Positions 18,174 through 26,723 of a DNA stretch of 46,459 nt are shown in pieces (within the stretch, counting starts at the first letter, position 1; every line of letters starts with the position of its first letter). Both the position numbers and the translations under genes were made by a program. This DNA is from a virus: positions 1 through 46,459 of IMG/VR virus record IMGVR_UViG_3300018476_000003. One strand, 5' to 3'. The notes under the pieces were generated by a model. That model did not search any database. It saw nothing but the letters and a program-made list of their open reading frames with translations, and was not told where the DNA came from.

Positions 18174-20516
18174 ATGGCCTTCAACATCAACTCAGCGCTG
18201 ATGCAGCTCGACCCGCTCAAGCCGCTCGGGCCCCGCCCCGACAAGAAGGCCGAGAGCATGGAGCGCCAGCGCCTGCAGCTCATGCGCGAGCAGTTCGAGG
18301 AGACCAAGCGCCAGAACGCGCAGGACGCCGAGTGGCGCAAGATTGCCGAGGCGGGCGCGATGACCCGCGAGCAGATGCAGAGCGACCGCCAGGCGGAGCA
18401 CGACCGGCAGGCGGCAGTCGCCGAGAACATCAAGCAGCGCACGCTCGCTTTCGACAGCTTCAACAAGCGCGTCGACAGTGCCGACTACGAGGGGATGGAC
18501 CTCGATGCGACCCGCATCAACCAGCTGGGCGGTCTGGTGGAGCGCACCGGCGAAGACGAGAACGGCTTCCCGTCGTACCGGGTCGAGTTCGACGCCGAAG
18601 AGGCCCGCAAGCGCGATGCCGAGCAGGAAGACCAGACCACCGCCTTCTTCGACGACTCCGACGAGGGCTCGGACACGAAGCTGCCGCGCGAGGCTATCCC
18701 GCAGTCGCTCGACCGCATGAACGCGCTCGGCTACGACACGCTCGGGCTGCGCGACAACCTCGCCGGCACGGGCGTAGGCGAAGGCCAACAGCTCTCGACC
18801 GAGGACGCCTTCCGCTCGGCGCAGCGCGCAGCCCGTGGCCCCGACGAGAAGGCAGCGGTAGCGCCTGAGCCCGCAGCGCCGAAGCCCTGGCAGCCCGGCG
18901 ACCTCGACCGCGACGAGCCGGAGCCGGAGCCCGCCGACCCCGGCGCGCCCTACGACCTCGCAGCCGAAGCGGACGCCGCCAAGAACTTCCTAGAGCCGGG
19001 CCGCTCCACGCCGATGGCGACCCCGCCGCCGCAGCTCGAACCCAGCATCTTCCAAGCCACCGGGCGCCCTGCTCGCGTGGGCCAGCGCGACATCATGGGA
19101 GGCGTGCCGAAGAACGTCGTCGACACGGGCTCGATGCAGGACCAGCGCGTGCAGCGCCTGGGCCCGGTCATGGACAACATGGTCAAGTCCATGCCGGAGG
19201 CCTACCAGGCCGGCACGCGACACAGCGCCGACGCCGCGCTCGGGATGGGTCTGCCCGCCGACAAGGCCGCCAAGCAGGCGCTCGACTTCAACGCGCCCGC
19301 CAACGCGGCGCAGGCGAGCGAGCTGGAGGCGGAGCGCAAGGAGAAGGCCGAGGAGCGCAAGGCTATCGAGGCGGCCAAGCTCGACCCGCAGGGCGAGCAG
19401 AAGCTCATCAACTACGGCCACAAGCGCGCGGACCTCACCTACCAGCGGCACAAGATTCAGGGCAACATCGAGGCGCTGCAGTCGGTCACGCAGATCGAGG
19501 CGCTGCTCGACGACAAGTATCCAGAGAACGACGCCTACGCCATCAACTTCCTGATGAAGGCGGGCGAGAACGTCGGGCCACAAACGGATAGGGACGCGGC
19601 TCGCTTCGAGGGCCTGAGCAGCGCGAGCACGCTCGAGCAGGTGCAGGCGTGGGTGAACAGCAAGATTACGGGCGGCACCTACGAGACGATGAAGCGGTCC
19701 ATGAAGGAGTTCACAGGCCAGGTGCGGGAGCGCGGCCAGAAGAACGTCTTCTCGTGGATGGAGAGCACGCAGAAGGCCGCCGCCGCCGCAGAGCATCCGC
19801 TCGTTCGCAAGGGGTACGAAGAGTATCTCGACAGCGTGCCGGACTGGGTGAAGGAGGCGTACGAGAAGACCATCCCCGAAGATGAGGACGAGCCCACCGC
19901 CGGCACGACCGCATCGAACGCGAGCCTATACCAGGCGCCGCCGCCGAGCGGCGCCCTGACCAATGACACCGAGTTCATGACGTCGCTCACCCAGAACGCC
20001 GAGGCGCAAGGCGTCGACCCCAACAAGATGCTCGCTATCATGGGGCCCGAGAGCGGTGGAGACCCGTCCGCGAAGAACGCCAGCTCGAGCGCGAGCGGGC
20101 TCATCCAGATGATGGACTCGGTGGCGCGTGGCTACGTCAACCCGCGCACTGGCAAGAAGATGGAGAGCGCCGCCGAGCTGCGGACGTTGTCGCGCGCCGA
20201 GCAGGCGCCCATCGCGGTGCAGTACTTCGCCGACCGCGGGGTCACGGCAGACAGCCCGGTCGAGGACTACGCGCTCGCAGTGGCAGCGCCGGCCTTCGTG
20301 GGCAGGTCCGCGGAGCGCGACGCGGTCGTCTACCCGAAGGGCTCGAAGGAGCACGCCGCCAATCGTCCATGGTGGCCCGAGGACGGCGGCGACGTCACCG
20401 TCGGCAGCCTGCTCGACTTCTACATGGGCAAAGGAAAGGGCGGAAAGAAGAGCCCCGCGGCTCCCGCGAGCACGGCTGCGGCGGATACGGATGATGACCA
20501 GCTGGAGGGCATCTAA
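18174..20516 (+). CDS. Internal virion protein with C-terminal lytic transglycosylase-like domain
   Basis: The motif LAIMGPESGGDPSAKNASSSASGLIQMM (~20040-20110) matches the E-S...GL(I/M)Q signature of SLT-type domains. Confidence 0.65.
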   Translation: MAFNINSALMQLDPLKPLGPRPDKKAESMERQRLQLMREQFEETKRQNAQDAEWRKIAEAGAMTREQMQSDRQAEHDRQAAVAENIKQRTLAFDSFNKRVDSADYEGMDLDATRINQLGGLVERTGEDENGFPSYRVEFDAEEARKRDAEQEDQTTAFFDDSDEGSDTKLPREAIPQSLDRMNALGYDTLGLRDNLAGTGVGEGQQLSTEDAFRSAQRAARGPDEKAAVAPEPAAPKPWQPGDLDRDEPEPEPADPGAPYDLAAEADAAKNFLEPGRSTPMATPPPQLEPSIFQATGRPARVGQRDIMGGVPKNVVDTGSMQDQRVQRLGPVMDNMVKSMPEAYQAGTRHSADAALGMGLPADKAAKQALDFNAPANAAQASELEAERKEKAEERKAIEAAKLDPQGEQKLINYGHKRADLTYQRHKIQGNIEALQSVTQIEALLDDKYPENDAYAINFLMKAGENVGPQTDRDAARFEGLSSASTLEQVQAWVNSKITGGTYETMKRSMKEFTGQVRERGQKNVFSWMESTQKAAAAAEHPLVRKGYEEYLDSVPDWVKEAYEKTIPEDEDEPTAGTTASNASLYQAPPPSGALTNDTEFMTSLTQNAEAQGVDPNKMLAIMGPESGGDPSAKNASSSASGLIQMMDSVARGYVNPRTGKKMESAAELRTLSRAEQAPIAVQYFADRGVTADSPVEDYALAVAAPAFVGRSAERDAVVYPKGSKEHAANRPWWPEDGGDVTVGSLLDFYMGKGKGGKKSPAAPASTAAADTDDDQLEGI

Positions 20517-23153
20517 ATGCTCACCGCCGCACAGTTCGAAAAGAACCAGGCGCTTCTCGCCGACCCGAGCAAGAACTTCACGCCCGAGGCCCGCGCGAAG
20601 GCGCAGGCGGCGGTCGATGAGTTCCGCACGCAGTTCCTGACCCGCGGCGCCTACTCGGGCCAGGGCGGCTCGCTCTCGGACGTGCAGAGCGTCGGCAGCA
20701 CGCGCGCGCCCATCGGCGCAACGCCCCCTCCTGCTGACCCTGAGCAGATGAAGGTGCAGGAGCTGCTCAGCAAGCTCGACCCGGGCATGTCTATCCCGGC
20801 GCAGGTGTACGCGACCCAGCCCTCAACGACGCACCCCGAGGGCGACGAGAAGGCCGAAGAGGAATGGGTGCGCGGCGACCTGTCGAACCCCAACCTCGTG
20901 GTGGTCTACGACGCCCCCGTCAAGAAGGTGCGCGAAGACCTGCTCGAGCACCCGGAACTATTCCGCGCGCTCGGGCTCGACATCCCCTCCACTCCCGAGG
21001 AGGTGATGAACATCCAGCCGGGCGACAGCACGCACCAGGCCTACAACGGCATGAAGTGGCGCGAGACGGCAGACGCCGCCGCGCAGGCGGGCAAGACGGC
21101 CTACCGCTACAGCATGGCGCCGTGGATGTCCGGCGGGAAAAACGCTGGCTTCCTCGACACGCTGAAGACCAAGGTCACGGCGGCGACCGCCCCCTTCGGC
21201 GAGGGGACGATGGCCTTCGTGATGGGCGTCGACAAGACGGCCGTCTTCGGCGCTGGTCGCGCAGCGCTCGAAGCGGCCAACCCGGAGATGGGGACCGCGC
21301 GACTCGGGCAAGAGACGGCGGGCGGTATTCCCGACGCGCCCGCTCGCGAGCGCGACGCAATGCTGCAGGAGGAGCACCCGATGCTCTACGCGCTCGGGCA
21401 GGGCGTGGGCGCGCTGGCGCCCTGGAGCCTCTCGAACAAAGTCTACAACGCCACGCTCGCTGCGGGCGCGAAGGTGGCGGGCAAGGTCGGCGGAGCCGCT
21501 GCCCCTCTCGCTCGCGTGGCAGGTGCCGCTGCTGGCGGAGCTGCTGGCGGGGCCTTGAACCAGGCCGCCGAGGAAGGAGTGGACGCAGCCGCCAGCGGCG
21601 GCGCGTCGCTGGAGGGCGCCCCGCGGCGCGTGGGTAGCGCTGCGGCGACGGCGGGCGCCTTGGGCTCAGCGGGCAAGCTCGCCGAGGAAGCTGTCACTGG
21701 CGTGGGCAACTGGGTGCGGGAAGGTGAGTACCTCGAGGGGCTGCCCGGTCGCATCGAGCGCCACGGCGTCCAGCCGAAGTTCGGACGCGGCTATGTCGAC
21801 CCGCCCGAGGTGGTGGCAGCCAAGCGCGAAGCGAAGGCCTCGGGCCGCGACGACAAGCCCATCGACGTGCTGGCGGAGAAGCTCGACAAGCCCATGACGG
21901 ACGCCGCCAAGGCGCACACCGAGAGCGTGACCGAGCGGGTGAAGCGGGAGAACGCCGCGGTCTACGCGAGCCCGGAGGGGCAACAGCTTCTGCCGACCCG
22001 AAGGACAACCGAGGAGGCATACGCCCAGCTCAAGCAGCGCGCCGCTTCCAACAGCAAGCAGCAGGCGCCCACGGCCGTGGGCATCCCGAACGCGCCCAGC
22101 GCCGTGAAGGGTGTCTTCAACACCCACATCGAGGGCGTGTCGGTGAAGCCGGTGGACGGCTGGATTCCGATGCCCGCCAATCACGCCGAGGCGTTCCTCA
22201 GCCCCGTGATGCAGAAGCGCACGCTGCGCGCTGCCCGGACCGGCAAGCCCGCCATGCGAGGGGACAGGCCGCGCGCGCCCAAGGCGCCGGCTCCCGAAGG
22301 GGCGCCCAAGCCTGCAGGCGTGCTCGACTTTGAAGGGGCCAAGGCCCGCCCGCCCGCGGCGCGCGTCACCGGAAAGCCGGGCGCCTTCATCCGCAAGCTA
22401 GAGAAGCGGGGCGTCGACACCGTCTACGTGGCCCCGCGGCTGCTCAACGCAGAGCACCAGGAGTCGGCGATTCGCCGCCTGCGTACGAAGTTCCGGAAGA
22501 ACAAATCCGACCCGGACCTGGAGAAGCCCTACCGGGCCGCCATGGAGGACCGCAAGCAGCGCGTCTGGCAGGGCGAGCAGGGCGGCTTCTCCAAGCTGCA
22601 GAAGCAGCATTCCAAGGACATCGACGCTGCGAAGAAGACGCAGCAGCGCGTGGCGCCCGATGCGACCGGCGCCTACCAGCAAATCATCAAGCTCTCGCAG
22701 CAGCGCTCCGGGCAGGGCCGCGCGCAGCAAGCGATGCGAGAGACCGCGGCGCGTGCCGGTGGCGACGCTCCCGCGCAGCTCAACGCCTCGCAGGTGATGC
22801 ACCCGATGCAGAAGCTCAAGGCGCGCACCAGCTTCGGCAAAGACTCGCGCGGCCAGCGGCGCGGCTGGTTCGGTATCCCTATCCCGCAGGTCGGCGACAT
22901 GGCGCTGATGCGCGGCATCTACCCCACGACGCGCGCTCTGGAAAAGGCGCCCATCGCCAAGCACGCGGTCAAGCTCGCTCGCGCCCGCCGCATCCCCGAC
23001 GACCGTGCCGAGGCGGTGGAGAAGGAACGCGAGAAGCTGAAGGCCAAGGCAGAAGGCTACGCGGAGCGCGCCGGTACCGCCGAGCCCAAGAAGAGCGAGA
23101 GCCACGCCAAGAAGAGCCACCGCCGCCGGCTCCGACGGAAGGACAGCAAATGA
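20517..23153 (+). CDS. Large internal virion / ejection-type protein
   Basis: 878 aa, Ala/Lys/Arg-rich. Starts at the nt after the previous stop. Confidence 0.5.
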   Translation: MLTAAQFEKNQALLADPSKNFTPEARAKAQAAVDEFRTQFLTRGAYSGQGGSLSDVQSVGSTRAPIGATPPPADPEQMKVQELLSKLDPGMSIPAQVYATQPSTTHPEGDEKAEEEWVRGDLSNPNLVVVYDAPVKKVREDLLEHPELFRALGLDIPSTPEEVMNIQPGDSTHQAYNGMKWRETADAAAQAGKTAYRYSMAPWMSGGKNAGFLDTLKTKVTAATAPFGEGTMAFVMGVDKTAVFGAGRAALEAANPEMGTARLGQETAGGIPDAPARERDAMLQEEHPMLYALGQGVGALAPWSLSNKVYNATLAAGAKVAGKVGGAAAPLARVAGAAAGGAAGGALNQAAEEGVDAAASGGASLEGAPRRVGSAAATAGALGSAGKLAEEAVTGVGNWVREGEYLEGLPGRIERHGVQPKFGRGYVDPPEVVAAKREAKASGRDDKPIDVLAEKLDKPMTDAAKAHTESVTERVKRENAAVYASPEGQQLLPTRRTTEEAYAQLKQRAASNSKQQAPTAVGIPNAPSAVKGVFNTHIEGVSVKPVDGWIPMPANHAEAFLSPVMQKRTLRAARTGKPAMRGDRPRAPKAPAPEGAPKPAGVLDFEGAKARPPAARVTGKPGAFIRKLEKRGVDTVYVAPRLLNAEHQESAIRRLRTKFRKNKSDPDLEKPYRAAMEDRKQRVWQGEQGGFSKLQKQHSKDIDAAKKTQQRVAPDATGAYQQIIKLSQQRSGQGRAQQAMRETAARAGGDAPAQLNASQVMHPMQKLKARTSFGKDSRGQRRGWFGIPIPQVGDMALMRGIYPTTRALEKAPIAKHAVKLARARRIPDDRAEAVEKEREKLKAKAEGYAERAGTAEPKKSESHAKKSHRRRLRRKDSK

Positions 23154-23566
23154 GCAAGACCCGCATCCCATTCAAGAACACGCAGACCCTCAACGGCCTC
23201 GGGCTGCCCGGCGCCGCCGAGGTGGTGACGCTCTTCAACAGCGTGACGGCGTTCCCGGGCCCCGGAGGGCTACAGAACCTCGGACCCGAGTACTGGTTCA
23301 CCTACAGCATCGCGCCGTCCACCAACGCGACCGGCAACAGCGTGACCGCGCAGTACAGCAACGACGGCGGCACCACCTGGAACGAGTTCTACGCCAGCTC
23401 GACGAACGAGCCCGTGGGGGACTCGACGACGTTCACGGACGAAATCTTCATCGGCCAGTACCAGAACATCCGGGTGCGCTTCAACAACGGGACCTTGGCG
23501 CAGGCCACGCTCTTCGCCGTCAACATGTCTCTCGACGCCAAGGAGCGCGCGAGCGCGGGCATCTGA
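23150..23566 (+). CDS. Hypothetical beta-rich virion protein
   Basis: ATGA overlap with the upstream gene; ORF in track. Confidence 0.55.
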   Translation: MSKTRIPFKNTQTLNGLGLPGAAEVVTLFNSVTAFPGPGGLQNLGPEYWFTYSIAPSTNATGNSVTAQYSNDGGTTWNEFYASSTNEPVGDSTTFTDEIFIGQYQNIRVRFNNGTLAQATLFAVNMSLDAKERASAGI

Positions 23567-24321
23567 TGAGCGTTCGGGCCAGCTTCCGTGGGCTCGGGTT
23601 CAACCCGGTCCAGCAGAGCAAGGTTAGCTCCTGGCTGCGGCTCGCGGTGTCCTCTCAGACGGGCGGCGAGTGGGTCGACTGGGTTGACGTCCTCAACAAC
23701 AACCCGGGCGTCATCAACGCAGCTCGGCGCCCTGCTGTAGGGGCGAGCGCCAACGGCCTGCCCATCGCGACGTTCGCCACCAACGACTGCGTCTCGGTCC
23801 CGCTCATCGCGAACAACAACCAGACGTCGCGCACCGGCATCGCGATGTGGGTGCGCGTCGGCAACTTGACGGGGACATCGACGCTCGTCATCTACTCCGT
23901 TGGGACGGGCGGCGCTTCAGCGCGCAAGCTGTTCTTCCTTCTGGATTCGGCAGAGCGAGTCCGTGTGGACGCCTACATTGCGGGCTCGGCGGGCAGGTCG
24001 TTTCTCTCCACCGCCAGCCTGACGCAGAACGCCTGGGCCTGGCTGCGGCTCAAGTATGACAGCTTGCTCGGCGGCGATCCCAACCTGTCCGCCTTCGTCA
24101 ACGGGGCGTCGGCGGCAGGTGCCTACACGGACGTCGGCGCCGGAGGCACACTGGGCGTGCTCCCGACGGTCACGGGAAACCTGCTCATCGGCAACACCAA
24201 CGACTCGGGCACCCCGTCGTCTTTTCTGGCGGGTGACATCGGCCCCAACATCTTCTTTTTGAGCGAAGACCTCACGGCCGCCGAGGAGCTAATCCTCATG
24301 AACTTCGAGAGGCCCACCTGA
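23566..24321 (+). CDS. LamG/concanavalin-A-like lectin-fold protein
   Basis: IAMWVRVGNLTGTSTLVIYSVG...WAWLRLKYDS...LSAFVNGAS resembles the Laminin_G_3 type pattern. TGATG junction. Confidence 0.5.
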   Translation: MSVRASFRGLGFNPVQQSKVSSWLRLAVSSQTGGEWVDWVDVLNNNPGVINAARRPAVGASANGLPIATFATNDCVSVPLIANNNQTSRTGIAMWVRVGNLTGTSTLVIYSVGTGGASARKLFFLLDSAERVRVDAYIAGSAGRSFLSTASLTQNAWAWLRLKYDSLLGGDPNLSAFVNGASAAGAYTDVGAGGTLGVLPTVTGNLLIGNTNDSGTPSSFLAGDIGPNIFFLSEDLTAAEELILMNFERPT

Positions 24322-24515
24322 TGGCCACCCGCCGCAAGCCCTTCGTCCCCAAGCCGCCCCAGCGCAAGCCGCGCAAGTCGTCCGACATCGACGCCTACGG
24401 GCACGCCGACTTTCTGCGCGCGCTGTTGGCCGGCACTGTGCAGGCCACCAAGCTCATCGAGGCGCGCGACTCACTCGGGCGGCTCGTGCTCGCCTATGAC
24501 GACCCCAACGGCTGA
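24321..24515 (+). CDS. Hypothetical small basic protein
   Basis: TGATG junction; ORF in track. Confidence 0.45.
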   Translation: MATRRKPFVPKPPQRKPRKSSDIDAYGHADFLRALLAGTVQATKLIEARDSLGRLVLAYDDPNG

Positions 24516-24523
24516 AGGACACT

Positions 24524-24943
24524 ATGAGCCCCACCATCGCTCTCACCGCCCGCGCCTATATGCTCGACGGCCTGGAGACCTTCATGCTGGTCGGCGGCGG
24601 CACGGCCAACCTCACCATCTACCAGGGCAGCACCGCGCTCTGTGTCTTCCCGCTCGCCGCATCCCCCTTCGGCTCGGCCGTGGGTGACAGCCTCGTGCTG
24701 GCGTCCGCGCCCATCAGCTCCACCGGCACGGAGGTAGCGGGGCAAGCCAACCGCTTCATCCTCACCAACCAGAATGCCGAGACCGGGCTGAGCGGCACGG
24801 TGAGCGGCATCGGAGGCGGCGGCGCGCTGCAGGCGCCGAACCTCACGGTCACCGCAGACGCAACGCAGACGCTCAACGCGCTGGTCGTGCGCATGGCCAT
24901 GGACGGCAGCCTCACCCTCGAAGGGAGTCTCACTTTCGTATGA
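24524..24943 (+). CDS. Fibre-cluster protein, paralog A
   Basis: ORF in track. Shares a spaced pattern with 25104..25481: AR..D..T...G...L..F.L...FG.A...P.S...G.A. Confidence 0.55.
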   Translation: MSPTIALTARAYMLDGLETFMLVGGGTANLTIYQGSTALCVFPLAASPFGSAVGDSLVLASAPISSTGTEVAGQANRFILTNQNAETGLSGTVSGIGGGGALQAPNLTVTADATQTLNALVVRMAMDGSLTLEGSLTFV

Positions 24944-25104
24944 ACGTCACCGCCCCCACGCCCACTGTGCAGATCGAGTTTCACGTGGAACCTCACCCGG
25001 ACCCCGTCGTGCAATCGCTCATCGAAAAGGTCGAGCGGCTGCAAGCGGAGAACGAACAGCTCAGGGCGGAGCTGGACAGCGCCGACCGCAACGGAGGCTC
25101 GTAA
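24940..25104 (+). CDS. Candidate 54-aa coiled-coil protein
   Basis: Not in the track because it is under 60 aa. ATGA overlap upstream and TAATG junction downstream. Contains ...LIEKVERLQAENEQLRAELDSADRNGGS. Confidence 0.4.
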   Translation: MNVTAPTPTVQIEFHVEPHPDPVVQSLIEKVERLQAENEQLRAELDSADRNGGS

Positions 25105-25481
25105 TGGCACTCACTCTCGGCGCAGCTACCACCATCGCCACCAACGCACGCAACGCGCAGGCGGACGCCTTCGACACGCTCGTCAACACCGGCACGGCGC
25201 AGACCCTCGTGCTCATCGACTCGACCGGCCCTACCGTGCTGGTCACCTTCACGCTCGACACGACCAACGCCTTCGGCGCGGCAGCCTCGGGTGCCATCAC
25301 GGTGACGGGCCTGCCACTGTCGGCGGCGGCCTCGGCGGGCGCAGCGGCCACCGCCGAGACGTACGAGATTCGCATCGACGGCACGGCGTGCTGGACGGGC
25401 GGCGTCACCGGCGCCGACACCATCACCAGCGGGCAGACCGTCAACCTCACGGCCTTCACCATCACGTGGCCCGCGTCCTGA
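25104..25481 (+). CDS. Fibre-cluster protein, paralog B
   Basis: ORF in track; distant similarity to 24524..24943. Confidence 0.55.
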   Translation: MALTLGAATTIATNARNAQADAFDTLVNTGTAQTLVLIDSTGPTVLVTFTLDTTNAFGAAASGAITVTGLPLSAAASAGAAATAETYEIRIDGTACWTGGVTGADTITSGQTVNLTAFTITWPAS

Positions 25482-25489
25482 GCTGAGCC

Positions 25490-26383
25490 ATGGCAGCGTT
25501 CGTCTCCTTCACGACGGGCGCAGCCTCGCGTTCGGTGACCGTGCCTGCGGGTACGGACCGGCTGCTCGTTGCCATCGCGCACTCGAGCGCGTCGACCGCG
25601 GCGCGCACGGCGACCTACAACGGCGTGAGCATGTCGGTCGCCACCACGGCGAACGGCTGGACACAGATCTTCTACATGCTGAGCCCGCCCGCGGGGTCAG
25701 CGACGATGGCCGTCTCGGGCGCCGACATCAGCTCGGTCGTTGCTGCCCACTACACGGGCGTTGGCTCGTTCCAGAGCGGGCAAGCGGGGAGTGTCGCGAG
25801 CGCGAGCTTCGCCCCCAACATGGGCGGCGCCATCGTCTTTGGCATGGTGGCGGGCAGCTCCAGCCACACGCCCGTCGCCAGCACGAACGAGCGCCAGGAC
25901 GGCAGCGATTACTACGCCGACCGCCTCGTCACGACTTCGGGCTCGGTCACCGTTGGCGTGGCAGCGGCTACCGACCCTGACTACGCCGGGGCCATCTTCG
26001 GCGACTCGGTCAGCGCCAGCGGCAGCATCAATGCCCCCGTCGCTACCTCCACCGGCACCGCGTCCACGGGGCTCAGCGCCAGCGGGAGTGTGACCGCGCC
26101 CAAGGCCACCTCGAGCGGCAGCGTCTCGGTCATCGTGAGCGTGAGCGGCAGCGTCGCGGCACCCGCGGCCACCTCCACTGGCAGCGCGCTACCCATCATC
26201 CCCACCGTCAGCGGCAGCGTCTCGGCGCCCGCGCCCACGGTCTCGGGCTCGGTGGAGGTGGTTGGCACCGACATCTCCCACGCTGCGGCCGTCACGAGCC
26301 GCGCACGCGGCAGCGCCGCCGTCTCTCTGCCCACGGCTACCCTCGCTCGCTCACGCGCTCGCGGCACTGCAACGGAGAACTGA
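25490..26383 (+). CDS. Fibre-cluster protein with C-terminal ~21-aa tandem repeats
   Basis: ORF in track. Repeats: SASGSINAPVATSTGTASTGL / SASGSVTAPKATSSGSVSVIV / SVSGSVAAPAATSTGSALPIIPT / VSGSVSAPAPTVSGSVEVV. Confidence 0.55.
   Translation: MAAFVSFTTGAASRSVTVPAGTDRLLVAIAHSSASTAARTATYNGVSMSVATTANGWTQIFYMLSPPAGSATMAVSGADISSVVAAHYTGVGSFQSGQAGSVASASFAPNMGGAIVFGMVAGSSSHTPVASTNERQDGSDYYADRLVTTSGSVTVGVAAATDPDYAGAIFGDSVSASGSINAPVATSTGTASTGLSASGSVTAPKATSSGSVSVIVSVSGSVAAPAATSTGSALPIIPTVSGSVSAPAPTVSGSVEVVGTDISHAAAVTSRARGSAAVSLPTATLARSRARGTATEN
26008..26256 (+). repeat. Coding tandem repeat, ~63-69 nt unit, ~3.5 copies
   Basis: Recurring agcg(c/t)(c/g)agcggcagc(a/g)tc...gc(c/g)cc...gccacctc... units read in the DNA and in the protein. 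Confidence 0.7.
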
Positions 26384-26384
26384 C

Positions 26385-26723
26385 ATGGCTCAAGTCGGCA
26401 ACAGCATCACCTTCTCGGTCGCGTTCACCAACGCGAGCGGCAGCGCGACGGACCCCACTGTCGTTACGTTCTCTTTGAGGGAGCATCTCGACGGGACCGA
26501 GCGACAGTGGACTTACAACGCAGTCCCGGTCGAAGGCACACATTACCCGACAGGCGCCAACCCCATCGTGCGCGACAGCGCGGGCGCCTTCCACGTGGTC
26601 TACGTGACGCGCAAGCCCGAGCGCCACGTGGGCTTCTGGCTCGGCACCGGCACCGTGAACCAGTCGAGCCAGACCACCGAGTTCGTGAGACACTCGGACC
26701 TGACGAGCAACGATGGCGTGTGA
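26385..26723 (+). CDS. Hypothetical fibre-cluster protein
   Basis: ORF 26262..26723; the ATG at 26385 gives MAQVGNSITFSVAFTNASGSATDPTVVTF (Ig-like beta pattern). Confidence 0.5.
   Translation: MAQVGNSITFSVAFTNASGSATDPTVVTFSLREHLDGTERQWTYNAVPVEGTHYPTGANPIVRDSAGAFHVVYVTRKPERHVGFWLGTGTVNQSSQTTEFVRHSDLTSNDGV

Noticed and set aside
20517-23153. A tape measure protein, which would imply a siphovirus tail.
   Set aside because: There is no upstream chaperone pair with a slippery site and no tube, terminator or baseplate-like genes. It is preceded by three other large low-complexity proteins, including the SLT-motif one. It fits podovirus ejection proteins better, but this remains an inference.
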